Assembly (NCBI GenBank): GCA_036785375.1
Contig: JAWMAR010000711.1
Location: 62,001-126,000, forward strand
Reading direction: 5' to 3'
Source: Leucoraja ocellata
Taxonomy: Eukaryota
Length of the DNA stretch: 64,000 bases
Shown here: piece by piece, positions 1 through 10,820 of the stretch
Numbering within the stretch: position 1 is the first letter of the stretch
Layout: the number at the start of each line of letters is the position of its first letter
Made by a program: the position numbers and the translations under genes
The notes under the pieces: model-generated
Told to the model about the DNA's origin: nothing
Database searches by the model: none
Seen by the model: only the letters and a program-made list of their open reading frames with translations

Positions 1-1526
1 GTTACATTGGCCATTTTCCAATCCACTGGGACCGTTCCTGCCTCCAGGGAGTTTTGGAAAATTATCACCAATGCATCCACAATCCCCACCGCTATCTCCC
101 TCAAGACCCTTGGATGTAATCCATCAGGCCCAGGGGATTTATCCTCCTTCAGTCTCATTAATTTCCCTAATACCACCTCCTTGGTGATCTTAATAGTATT
201 TAGCTCCTCCATTCCTACCGCCCCCTGTTTATCCAGCGTTGGAATATTTTTTGTGTCTTCTATGGTGAAGACTGATACAAAATACTCGTTTAATGCCTTT
301 GCCATTTCCATGTTCCCCACCAACAACTCTCCAGTCTCACCCTCCAATGGACCAACGTTCACCTTAGCCACCCTTTTTCTTTTTATATAACTATAAAAAC
401 TCTTACTATTAGTTTTTATGTTGTTCGCTAAATTCCTTTCATAGTCTATTTTCCCCGTCTTAATTAATCTCTTAGTTATTTTTTGCTGACCTTTAAATGC
501 TTCCCAATCCTCTACCCTCCCACTATCTCTGGCTACCTTATATGCCCTTGCCTTCAGCCGAATACTATCCTTTATAGTTTTACTGAGCCATGGCTGACTG
601 TTCTTACCCTTACCCCTTTTTTTCTTCATAGGAATAAATTTTTCTTGAAGGTTATACAGTATACCCTTAAACGTACACCACTGCTCATGTACCGTCTTAT
701 TCTTGAGTCTGCTATCCCAGTCAACTTTGATCAGCTCAGTCCTCATACCTTCATAATCCCCCTTATTTAGACTAAGCACCCTAGCCTGAGTTTCAACCTG
801 CTCCCCTTCTATTTGAATATGGAATTCAACCATATTGTGGTCACTTGTTCCCAACGAGTCCCTAACTATGACATTTTTAATTAATCCTGCTTCATTACAC
901 AGGACCAGATCCAAGATTGCCTCCCCCCTTGTCGGTTCTGTGACATACTGTTCTAGGAACCCATCTCTAATACATTCTATAAACTCTTCCTCTAGTCTAC
1001 CATGCCCAGTTTGGTTTGCCCAATTAATATGAAAATTGAAGTCCCCCATGATTACAGCAGTTCCCTTTTTACATGCGTCAACTATTTGCAGATTTATGTT
1101 CTGACTAACAGCGTCACAGCTATTTGGAGGTCTATAAATTACACCCACTAGTGTTTTTTTCCCCTTATTATTCTCTATCTGTACCCAAGCTGTTTCACTA
1201 TCCTGATCCTTCAACGCAATATCCTTCCTTTCTATTGCCGTTATTCCCTCCCTTATTAAAAGGGCCACCCCTCCTCCCTTTCTTTCCTGTCTATCTTTCC
1301 TAATTGTCGAGTACCCCTCTATATTTAACTCCCAGTCCTGATCCCCTTGCAGCCATGTCTCCGTAATGGCCACGATATCATAACTATATATACTTAATTG
1401 CACCGTTAATTCATTTATCTTATTACGAATACTCCGTGCATTTAGATAAAGCACTTTCAGATGATTTTTACTACCCTTCCTTTCCGTTTTTGCCCCTTTT
1501 ACATCTAAAGCTTTATCTTCACACAT
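1..1526 (-). CDS. CR1 ORF2 N-terminal part (AP endonuclease plus linker), partial
   Basis: Manual translation MCEDK...YLNARS..ITETWL..GGGVALL..IYRPP..MGDFN..SDH..KSPGPDGLHP..MANVT; same frame at both ends; missing from the ORF track because there is no stop in the window. Confidence 0.85.
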   Translation of the reverse strand, partial: MCEDKALDVKGAKTERKGSKNHLKVLYLNARSIRNKINELTVQLSIYSYDIVAITETWLQGDQDWELNIEGYSTIRKDRQERKGGGVALLIREGITAIERKDIALKDQDSETAWVQIENNKGKKTLVGVIYRPPNSCDAVSQNINLQIVDACKKGTAVIMGDFNFHINWANQTGHGRLEEEFIECIRDGFLEQYVTEPTRGEAILDLVLCNEAGLIKNVIVRDSLGTSDHNMVEFHIQIEGEQVETQARVLSLNKGDYEGMRTELIKVDWDSRLKNKTVHEQWCTFKGILYNLQEKFIPMKKKRGKGKNSQPWLSKTIKDSIRLKARAYKVARDSGRVEDWEAFKGQQKITKRLIKTGKIDYERNLANNIKTNSKSFYSYIKRKRVAKVNVGPLEGETGELLVGNMEMAKALNEYFVSVFTIEDTKNIPTLDKQGAVGMEELNTIKITKEVVLGKLMRLKEDKSPGPDGLHPRVLREIAVGIVDALVIIFQNSLEAGTVPVDWKMANV

Positions 1527-1630
1527 TCTGTCTCCTGTCACATTTTGACTTTCCGCTTCCCCACTGACACCCTGCTCTATTTCCTCTACCCCTGCCGTTA
1601 TTACCCCCCTTGATACCTCCCCCCCGCTAC

Positions 1631-2584
1631 TTAGTTTAAAGACCTCTCTACTGCCCTAGTTATATGATTTGCCAGGACCCCAGTCCCAGCACCGTTCAGG
1701 TGAAGTCCGTCCTTACAGAACAGATCCCCCCTGTCCCAGTACTGGTGCCAGTGGCCCAAGAAACCAAACCCATTATTCCCACACCAGTCTTTGAGCCACG
1801 CATTTAGCTTCTTAATTTTACGTATCCTCGCCGATTTGGCCCGTGGCTCAGGTAGCAATCCGGAGATCAGTACCCTCGAGGTTCTGCTTTTTAATTTATT
1901 CCCTAACTGCTCAAACTCCTTCAGCAGATCCTCCTTCCTCGTCCTTCCTATGTCATTGGTCCCCACATGGACCACGACCACTGGATCCTCCCCCTCCCAC
2001 TGCAAATTTCTCTCCAGCATCGCAGAGATATCCTTAACCCTAGCACCGGGTAGGCAACACAGCCTTCGGGACATGTTCTGCTGGCCGCAGAGAACCCTAT
2101 CTACCCCCCGAATAATACTATCCCCTATCACTACGGCATTTCTTCTAACTCCCCCCTCTTGAATGGCCTCCTGATCCACGGTGCTGCAGCCAGGTTGCTC
2201 ATCCCTCCCACAGCCCCTGATCCCGTCCTTACATTGAGTAAGAGCCTCGGTCATGCTCGTCAGGGACAAGGGCTGTGGCTCCTGCCGCATCTCCTCCTGG
2301 TTCCCCCTACCTGCCTCGCTTATGGCCACACCTTCCTTTCCTTGGTCACTGCCTACTGAATTAGTTAAACTGGTCGGTGTGACCATCCCCTGGCACAAAA
2401 CATCCAGGTAATACTCCCCCTCCCTGATGTACCGCAGCGTATGAAGTTGGGTCTCCAGCTCATCAATGCGGAGCTGGAGTTCCTCTAGCCTCAAACACTT
2501 ACTGCAGCTGTAGGGATCTTCTACATCAATGGTGTCGACAAATTCCCACATCTCGCAGTATTGGCACATCTCCTGACCGCCCAT
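1631..2584 (-). CDS. CR1 ORF1 protein (Zn-finger/leucine zipper plus SGNH esterase domain)
   Basis: 317 aa ORF: CQYC..CSKC, coiled coil LEELQLRIDELETQL, VIGDSII, HVGTND, DGLHLN. Confidence 0.9.
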   Translation of the reverse strand: MGGQEMCQYCEMWEFVDTIDVEDPYSCSKCLRLEELQLRIDELETQLHTLRYIREGEYYLDVLCQGMVTPTSLTNSVGSDQGKEGVAISEAGRGNQEEMRQEPQPLSLTSMTEALTQCKDGIRGCGRDEQPGCSTVDQEAIQEGGVRRNAVVIGDSIIRGVDRVLCGQQNMSRRLCCLPGARVKDISAMLERNLQWEGEDPVVVVHVGTNDIGRTRKEDLLKEFEQLGNKLKSRTSRVLISGLLPEPRAKSARIRKIKKLNAWLKDWCGNNGFGFLGHWHQYWDRGDLFCKDGLHLNGAGTGVLANHITRAVERSLN

Positions 2585-4068
2585 CTTATATAAGTAATTA
2601 ACTGGTCCTATTTAAGAATCCCCTACTGTATTGATACACCCCTTATTTATATAATCCTACCTCCTATAAATGGGAAAGTACTCACCCCAGCCGTAAATTA
2701 CCTACTGGGTTGGCTGTCTAGTGGTAATTCCGTCCGCTCTTCCTGTCTGGCCCACTGCTCCCTTGCAGTGCGTGGCAAACCTCTTTGCCTCTCCCAGAAT
2801 CCTTAGCCTCTCAAGCGTATTGCGTGGTCTCCTCTCCTCAGCCTCCTCTCCGAAGACTCTCGAGCCAAAGACTCACACTTTTCTCACAGGGCAGTTCCCT
2901 CACTAGGCCGCTCCCTCACTGCCGCTCGCTAAGAGCTGTCCTGCTTAAATTGACTGATAAATTGCCTATTTACCAATTTACACAGCCAATTCCTCAGTTT
3001 TCAACTGTTTTCACCCCTCTCCTCACACTTGGGCTAGAGCCAATCAGTGGTATCTCTAGCTAATCTGTTGCTGCTGTTGCTCCTCCCAAATCTACAGCAG
3101 TACTGTCTGGAAACTTTAATGTAGACACCCCGTCAGGCCCGTGGATGAAATGTCAGAGCCCACATACGTAGATACTGACGCACAACCCAAGTGTGGGTTC
3201 TTACACTGACATGTTGTGGAGGCATGGGGTAGACGTTGGCTAAATACACTGAGAGTCTCAGCTGCCACCTGAACACTGGGTTCCATTCAAATGAACAGAC
3301 TCAATGCAAGGTGGTGGGTGAGGCCAATGACTAATACTGTTTAATGAACAAGAGGAATGTTCTCACTGAATACCCTGGCTGCCCTTGCTGCAGATGCTGT
3401 AACCTGGGGGAGGGATTTAAGTTTGATGAATGTCTTGATGAAGCATTTAAACACAACATTTCAAATAATAAGCTTCTGTTTGGCAGATGTAGACACAAAA
3501 TGCTGGAGTAACTCAGCGGGTCAGGCAGCATCTCTGGAGAGAAGGAATGGTGGCGTTTCGGATCGAGACCCTTCTACAGACGATTTTTTGTCCGTGCAGG
3601 AGTCCGATTTTATTTCCAATTCCTTAATCCGAGTTCAGATTTATCTTGTTATTTAAGACACGGAATTGCCAGAATTGATTTAAACAGCAGTAAAATGGTC
3701 ACCTGCTGTGGGGCTGAATTGATCTACAAATTGCAGGGGAAGGGACAGCTTTTACAATGAAAGCTAAAGATGGAACAAAGGATGATGTAATTGCGTCAAA
3801 AAAGAAGGAGCCCCTGCTTCTTGGTCTTTCTCTGCTCGTGAGTTTACAATGTTCAAAAGTTTCGAGTTTTAGGGACACAGCATGGAAAGTGACTCTTTGG
3901 CACACTGAGTCCACGTTAACCACTGATCACCCATTCCCATTTATCTCATTTTCTCTTCTATACTGAGGGAAAAACAGGGCAAGAAACATTTATACAAAGT
4001 TGATTCGGTCTCTGGGATTCTCTTCCCCAGTGGTGCAGCTGCTGGTCGACTGGTACTGTCATGACTGA

Positions 4069-4399
4069 AAGCCCTGTCCCACGGTACGAGTTCATTCCAA
4101 GAGCTCTCCCGAGTTTAAAAAAAAATCTAACTCATGGTAAGCACGGAGAATGAACGTAGCGGGTACGTCGGAGCTCGGGGACGTCTCTAAGCAGCTCGTT
4201 ACGCTAACGGCAGGTACATGGGAAGACTCGCTAATGGCAGGTAAGCACGGGAAGACTCGTGAAGATTTTTCAACATGTTGAAAAATGTCCACGAGAGCCC
4301 CGAGTACCGACGAGTGGCCATTACCGTAAATCTCCGAGTTCGAATCAGGGCAAACTCGGGAGAGCTCTTGGAATGAACTCGAACCGTGGGACAGGGCTA
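4069..4399. mobile_element. Non-autonomous TIR element (PIF/Harbinger-like MITE)
   Basis: About 46-bp TIR GCCCTGTCCCACGGTACGAGTTCATTCCAAGAGCTCTCCCGAGTTT at both ends; TGA/TTA flanks. Confidence 0.75.
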
Positions 4400-4564
4400 T
4401 TAGGTTATCAATTGTTATTAGGCAGGAGTATCAATGGATATGAGGCAAAGGTGCTGAGGAGAGATGACTGTGACAAGATTGTGAGGCAGAGCTGGCTCGA
4501 AGAGCTGGGTGGCTTCTCTCCCAAGGTGAACAGTTGAATGGACAGTTTACTTCTCTGCTAAAAG

Positions 4565-4860
4565 GATACAAAGTGCTGGAGTAACTCAGTGGGTCAGACA
4601 GCATGGATGGGCGATATTTCGGGTTGGGACCCTTCTTCAGACTCACAGGAGACGCACTTCTATGCCCACGCCTCAACAATAATAATAATAATAATAATAA
4701 TAATCTTTATTTATATAGCAAGTTTTATGCCAGGCTGGAAAACGGTCTCGACCCAAACCAACATCTATCCATGTTCCCCAGAGATACTGCCTGACCCGCT
4801 GAGTTACTCCAGCACTATGTGTCTTTTTATGTCAACCAGCATCTGCTTTTCCTAGTTTCT
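4565..4860. repeat. Inverted pair of PLE terminal repeats around an (AAT)n tract
   Basis: gctggagtaactcag...cttcttcagac, then its reverse complement ...ctgagttactccagc. Confidence 0.7.
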
Positions 4861-4900
4861 ACTTCTCTGCTAACGGGTTAGTTGTTGGTTTGTGTTGCAG

Positions 4901-5008
4901 GCTCCGTCATCGATGAGGTCCGTGACAATGGCAGCTTGGTTTGCCACCAAAGGGATTGGAAATCTCATTGTGGTGATAGTGGCTGAGAGTACACTGATAA
5001 CCAATCAG
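4901..5008 (+). CDS. SLC15A1/A2-like (PepT, POT family) peptide transporter, penultimate coding exon
   Basis: AG|GCT...CAG|GTAAGT, 108 bp, phase 0; APSSMRSVTMAAWFATKGIGNLIVVIVAESTLITNQ matches PepT1 APSNMKSVLQAGWLLTVAVGNIIVLIVA (TM11). Confidence 0.88.
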
Positions 5009-5821
5009 GTAAGTGGTCTGCGATCACCTGAGATACATAAAGATGTGCAAACATTACCAATAAATTGAAGTGGGAACAGGCCATTTCCCCTTGAGCACAC
5101 TTCACCATTCCCTATGCTTGATTCCCTATCTCAATATCAAATCCCTGCTCTCTTTCCCCATGCATCCTTGATGCCTTTTATGACTAGACGTCCTAATTTT
5201 CTCCTTCTTGGATATATTCAATGATTTACCTTCCATTGATTTTTGTAGTAGAGAGTGCCACAGGTCCATCAGCTACTGTGTCAAGAAATGTCTCCTCTTC
5301 TCAGTGCTAAGTATTATTCCCCTTGACATGAGTTTGGAACACCTGATTCTAGACAGCCTCGGCCAGGGGGATCATGCTCTCTGTATCCAGCCTACCCGGC
5401 CTTGCCAGAATTTCCTACATTGTCAATGAGTTTCTAAACTCTAAAGAAACCCAGGTCCTGCTGACCTAATCTTTCCTTGCAGACTATCCTGCCAACTGAA
5501 GAGTGGGGAGAAATTTCATTTCATCTCAGTCCCCAATGGTGCATCCCTTCTTCTGAGGCCATGACTCTTGGTTGTATGCTCACCCACTAGGCCGTACCCT
5601 CCCTGTGTCTACCCTCCAGGCCCACAAAGTGTGCAACAGTTGGCAGCTTTCTCCGGCGTCTGAGTCTGGAAGGCACATTCTATAGCCACCTCAGCATGGA
5701 CACCACCAGAAGCCACCCATTATTGGAGGCACTGTTGGGACCACGGTGAGTCAAGGTCTTGCCCTGGGGTGGTGATGAGCCCTAATCCCAGAGAATCTTC
5801 AGAAGCACCACATCCAACCAT

Positions 5822-6265
5822 ACATAGAAACATAGAAACATAGAAAATAGGTGCAGGAGTAGGCCATTCGGCCCTTCGAGCCTGCACCGCCATTCAATAT
5901 GATCATGGCTGATCATCCAACTCAGTATCCTGTACCTGCCTTCTCTCCGTACCCCCTGATACCTTTAGCCACAAGGGCCGCATCTAACTCCCTCTTAAAT
6001 ATAGCCAATGAACTGGCCTCAACTACCTTCTGTGGCAGAGAATTCCAGAGATTCACCACTCTCTGTGTGAAAAATGTTTTCCTCATCTCGGTCCTAAAAG
6101 ATTTCCCCCTTATCCTTAAACTGTGACCCCTTGTTCTGGACTTCCCCAACATCGGGAACAATCTTCCTGCATCTAGCCTGTCCAACCTCTTGAGAATTTT
6201 GTAAGTTTCTATAAGATGCCCCCTCAATCTTCTAAATTCTAGCGAGTACAAGCCGTGTCTATCCA
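5822..6265 (-). mobile_element. CR1 LINE 3' end with (TTTCTATG)n tail
   Basis: LYSLEFRRLRGHLIETYKIL...FFTQRVVNLWNSLP; near-identical to copies at about 10.8, 42.0 and 55.3 kb. Confidence 0.9.
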
Positions 6266-6623
6266 CTGACAACATTGGTAAGTTTAGATTTCCCATGGTT
6301 GTTGTGACTGAGATGTATGGGATTCTGTGGGGAGGCCTTGGCCATGCTTTTGTGGACTTTTTTTTTGTGGAGGTCAAGGTAATGTTGATCCACGACTTCC
6401 TCACCAAAGGATCTTTCCAGTTGGCTGCAACAGATTTCTTCCAGTCTCCTAGTTTCCTTTCCAGTATTGCCAGACAGTTTCCTCCTGCTGAACATTATGT
6501 TCCTAGGAGTACGTCACGCTGAGGAGATCACACTGCCCAACATTCCTGGGATCTGATGGATGCTGTCTATCTTTCCTGGCTCCCTCACACCAGTGAACTC
6601 TCCAAACATTCCAGTAGACCTTG

Positions 6624-6735
6624 GGGCAGCGCAGTGGTTCAGTGGTAGAGTTGCTACCTTACAACACCAGAGATCATGGTTCAATCATGACTATTGGTGC
6701 TGTCCATATGGAGTTTGTATGTTCTCCCTGTGACA
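6624..6735 (+). mobile_element. tRNA-derived SINE 5' fragment (HE1/V-SINE-like)
   Basis: A/B-box-like head followed by ggagtttgtatgttctccctgtgac core. Confidence 0.65.
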
Positions 6736-6739
6736 TGGC

Positions 6740-7095
6740 AAAGATTCCACAGATTCACCAGGCTCCAGCTAAATAAATTCTTCCTCATCTCCATTCTGAA
6801 GGTACATTTTTTTTATCCTGAGGCTGTGCCCTCTGGTTATAGACTGTCCCATTACTGGAAACATCCTTTCCAGTTCAACTCTATCTAGGCCTTTCACTAT
6901 CCGGTAGGTTTCAATGAGATACCAGAGTCCATTCATCCTGTCAAACTCCAGCGAGCACAGGCCCAGTGATTTCAAATGCTCCTCACACACAATTATCCCC
7001 AGGATCATTCTTGAAAACTTCCTTTGGATCATCTCCAAAGCCAGCACATCCATCCTCAGATCGGGGCCCAAAACGGCTCACAATATTCCAAAATG
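6740..7095 (-). mobile_element. Degenerate CR1 ORF2 3' fragment
   Basis: IQRKFSRMI..LIETYRIVKGLDRV..TRGHSLRI. Confidence 0.75.
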
Positions 7096-7904
7096 CTGTA
7101 TCTGTACACTAGCCTTTTGTGAAACATGCACCAGGGCACCCAGACCCTGCTGCACCTCAAATCTGTGTCATTTCTTAGATACAGATTTAATATTTCTTCT
7201 GCCTGGTTGGATATTTTTACATTTTCAAACATGATACTCCATTTCCCAGATTTTTGAGCACTTTCTTACCCCCTACATCCCTTTCTTGGTTCCTCTTCAC
7301 CTTGTATTTTCCCACCTATCTATATTTCATCATCAAATTTAGCAACCATATTTTGACTTTCAATTGTTGAGCTGCAATCCCCATGGCGTGCCACTCGTTT
7401 AGTTTCCTAAGCAGAAACATTAACCTGTTATGCCACTTCACTTTCCTTTCAGCAAACAAACCAGCCTCCTGTTCCTGACAATCTGTTAACACGTCATAGT
7501 CTTTCTCCTTCATTCCTTTGCCTGGGTCACAAAACAACTAGAGAACTTGGCAGCACTCCGTGGGTTTGCTGGTGTGCGATCTCCAGTCAGGGCGAGCACT
7601 TGTTGCCAGAACATGCACAGGTTTAGGGCAGACCACAGGGTTCTTTGACTGTGATGTCAGTGTATGTCCCAGGGAGCAGTTTGTGCAGTGCAGAGTCATG
7701 TCTTATTAAGAAATCTGCACTGCACACCTGATGGTCCAGGCCCACTTATTCGAAAGAAGGATGACTGAAGATTTGCTCCAGGTGATTAGGTTTCCTCGTA
7801 CACCTTGGATTAGCCTCAGTGAATTGTCGGTCTGTGTTCGGTCTCCTGGCCTAGGATCTTGAGCTTCATTGATGCTGGTTTCCTCCTTTCTCTCCTGGAA
7901 ATAG

Positions 7905-8090
7905 GCGGTAGAGTTCTTCGTGTTTGCTGCACTCATGGGATTGACTGCACTCATCTTCTTCGTCACTGCAAGGTTTTATGAATATCACCCGATCGACACC
8001 AAAGAGAAAGAAACCGATGGACTGAATTCAGAGATAAAATCACCGTTGTCATACTCAAATAAGGAGAACCTAATGGAGAACACCAGTTAG
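7905..8090 (+). CDS. SLC15A1/A2-like peptide transporter, last coding exon (TM12 plus tail)
   Basis: Pyrimidine tract, AG|GCG; AVEFFVFAALMGLTALIFFVTARFYEY...ENTS* matches PepT1 WAEYILFAALLLVVCVIFAIMARFYTY; in frame with the previous exon. Confidence 0.88.
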   Translation, partial: AVEFFVFAALMGLTALIFFVTARFYEYHPIDTKEKETDGLNSEIKSPLSYSNKENLMENTS

Positions 8091-8879
8091 CTCCTCAAAA
8101 AACCATAAGTGCCCGTTCAGAGACTATCAAACCTTGAATGGAAGTCGACACATGTGCATTCATGTACGTGTGTGGGTGTGTGCTTGGATATGTCTCAAGG
8201 GAGATTATCTTCTACATCCACTATGATTGTTAATCTTAAACAATATTTTCATTGACTTCACCCGGGTACTTTCTTTGATTGGAAGTTGGTTATAGTGTTG
8301 ATGAAAATAATCAGTGCTATCTGGATCTGAAGAAGAGGAATAGACCTTGATGGGACTCCAGTGGAAACCACAACCATGGCCTGCAACTATTAAGTTTTAA
8401 CTTTTGTCCTGGTTTGAGATGGATAATAAAGTCGGTGTGTGCGGTGATGTAGAGATTATGATGCTATGGTGATTTTCAGTATTATCTCCTTCCCATTAGC
8501 TGCAGTTGATGATGGTAGCCAAGGAGTTCCCCAGGGCAATGTCATCTTCAGCTGTTTCATCAATGACCTTCCATTCATCGTAAGTTCAGAAGTGAGGATG
8601 GTTACTGATAGTTGCCCAATGGTTTAATTCCACACATATCTGATGTTTGGATTTACTGTTTCTCATTATATTGAGGCTGTGCCCTTTGACCCGACACTAT
8701 CTAGGATAAAGCAGCCCGCTTGACTGGCAATACACATTGTGGAACTCTCCACCCAGCAGCTCCATGGGAGTCCCTTAACCAGAGGGACTGCAGCACCTTA
8801 GCCCCTCGAGGATCAATAGGGGTGGCAAATAAATGCTGGCTTCGTTGGTGATGTGCATGTCCTAAACGGATGTACCGTT

Positions 8880-9110
8880 AAAATGCAGATGAGGAGGATT
8901 TCCTTTCGCCAGAGGGTGTTGAATCTGTGGAATTCATTGACCAAGACATTTGGGTATTTTTAAAGCAGAGATTGATAGGTTCTTGAATAAGAAAGGGATC
9001 AAATGTTACAGGGAGAAGGCAGGAGAATGGGGTTAAGAGGGAATGATTCAATGGCGAAGTAGACTCGATGGGTTGAATTGCCTAATTCTGCTATTATGTC
9101 TTATGGTCAT
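8880..9110 (+). mobile_element. CR1 3' end, degenerate
   Basis: gatgaggaggatttcc..agagggtgttgaatctgtggaattcattg plus 3'UTR. Confidence 0.7.
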
Positions 9111-9504
9111 AAAAATTGAATAAATAAAGGTAAAGTTGCTTCAAATATAGCGTACTCTTATGTCTCACAAATATCTGCAGCTGTGAAATCATAAGTGATG
9201 TAGAAATCATCAATGACTGAACAAGTTTGTACAGTACAAATATTGTGGGCCAAAGGGCCTATTCTCGTGCTATACTGCTCCTTTAGTTAATTATTATAGA
9301 TAATGCTACGGAAAGAAAACAGGTTCAAAACAGGAAATGCCAGACCACATAGTGCCTGCCTAGAGTGTCTCAACCGTTATTTATAATGTTGTCATATAAA
9401 GAAACCAAAACTGTAGCCAGTCTTGCAGATGTAGCCTCGCCAACATCCTGCATAATTGCAACTATTCTTCTCTGATTTTATATTCTAACTCTCAACAATA
9501 AATA

Positions 9505-9850
9505 GTGTCACAGAGTCATAGAGTGATGCAGTGTGGAAACAGGCCCTTCGGCCCAACTTGCCCCCACCTGCCAATATGTCCCAGCTACACGAGCCCCACC
9601 TGCCAGCATTTGGTCTATATCCCTCCAATCCTGTCCTATCCATGTACCTGTCTAACTGTTTCTTGAATGTTTGGATAGTCCCCGCCTCAACTACCTCCAC
9701 CGGCAGCTTGTTTCATATCTCTACCACCCTTTGTGTGATAAAGTTACCTCTCAGATTCCTATTAAATCATTTTCCCTTCACCTTAAACCTATCTCCTCTG
9801 GTCTTCAGTTCACCTACTCTGGGCAAGAGACTCTATGCATCTACCTGAAT
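9505..9850 (-). mobile_element. CR1 3' end (second subfamily)
   Basis: EVVEAGTIQTFKKQLDRYMD plus gggccgaagggcctgtttcc tail. Confidence 0.8.
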
Positions 9851-10820
9851 AACGGGCACAATTCTTTTTTTCCTTTCCCAATTACTTGTTGTGCCTGCCT
9901 GCTAATTATTTATGTTTCATGCACAAGAACATTTTGATCCCTCTGTCCGTCTCTCCTTTCCTATCTCTTTCATTTAGATTATGGTCTACCTTTCGATTCC
10001 TCTTACCAATCTTTTTTGGTGCATTTCACGTGGCGACTCTTTGCATACCTTGGGTATGCAAAACAAAGAATATCACTGTGACTTGTCACATGTGACAAAG
10101 TATCATTCATCATTCAATCTGTTTGAAAATGCTCCTCCAAATTGCCTTTGCAACCTTCTGCCACTATAAAGATAACACATACTTTCAAGCTGTTGTTGTG
10201 GTTCAGCTTCCCATTGAGTGATGGTGCCAAATGCTCATTTACTCTCTTTATTTTGTGCAGTAAAACATCATATATTTAGCCAAAATGACTGGTCACTAGA
10301 TGGCTTCAGGTTGTAGGGACTTCATTTCATTGACAATCACAGGGGATGTCTATAAGAACCAAACCATCATTAGACATTTATTCCTCTACGTTTTGCTCGT
10401 TATGGGAAAGCTTGTTGCTTCTCATGCATTTCCACCTCTCTGAACATTGCTATCTTCCTCATCAAAGACAATACATGTTAGAGCAAAGCATTAAGGGCAT
10501 GTCCCACTTGGGAGACCTAATCCGCGAGTTCTGGTGAGTTTGCCTTCGACGCATACTCGCAGCATGGTTGACACGAGGTCGGAGGAGGTTTTTGTAACTA
10601 TTCTTCATGCTCGAGAGTGGTCTCCACGTACTCGAGGCCTCAGCTAGGTCGCGGCGTTTTTTTCAATATGTTAAAAAATGCCCACGAGTATAAAAAGGAC
10701 GCCATGGAAAAGATCTATACTTTTTTTACTCATAGGTTTAGTCGTAGTAGGTCGTAGTAGATTGGCATGTTAGTCGTAGGTAATCAAGGGTAGTCGAAGG
10801 TAGTCATAGATAGTCTTCAT

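Larger units (their letters stand above)
1..3060 (-). mobile_element. CR1 LINE, 5' half (5'UTR, ORF1, start of ORF2), runs off the left edge; antisense within an intron of the SLC15 gene
   Basis: Esterase-type ORF1 followed directly by APE-endonuclease ORF2; 5' boundary approximate. Confidence 0.9.

Noticed and set aside
7-1032. Plus-strand ORFs over CR1 (and similar antisense ORFs over other LINEs and PLEs)
   Set aside because: Shadow ORFs antisense to TE coding sequence
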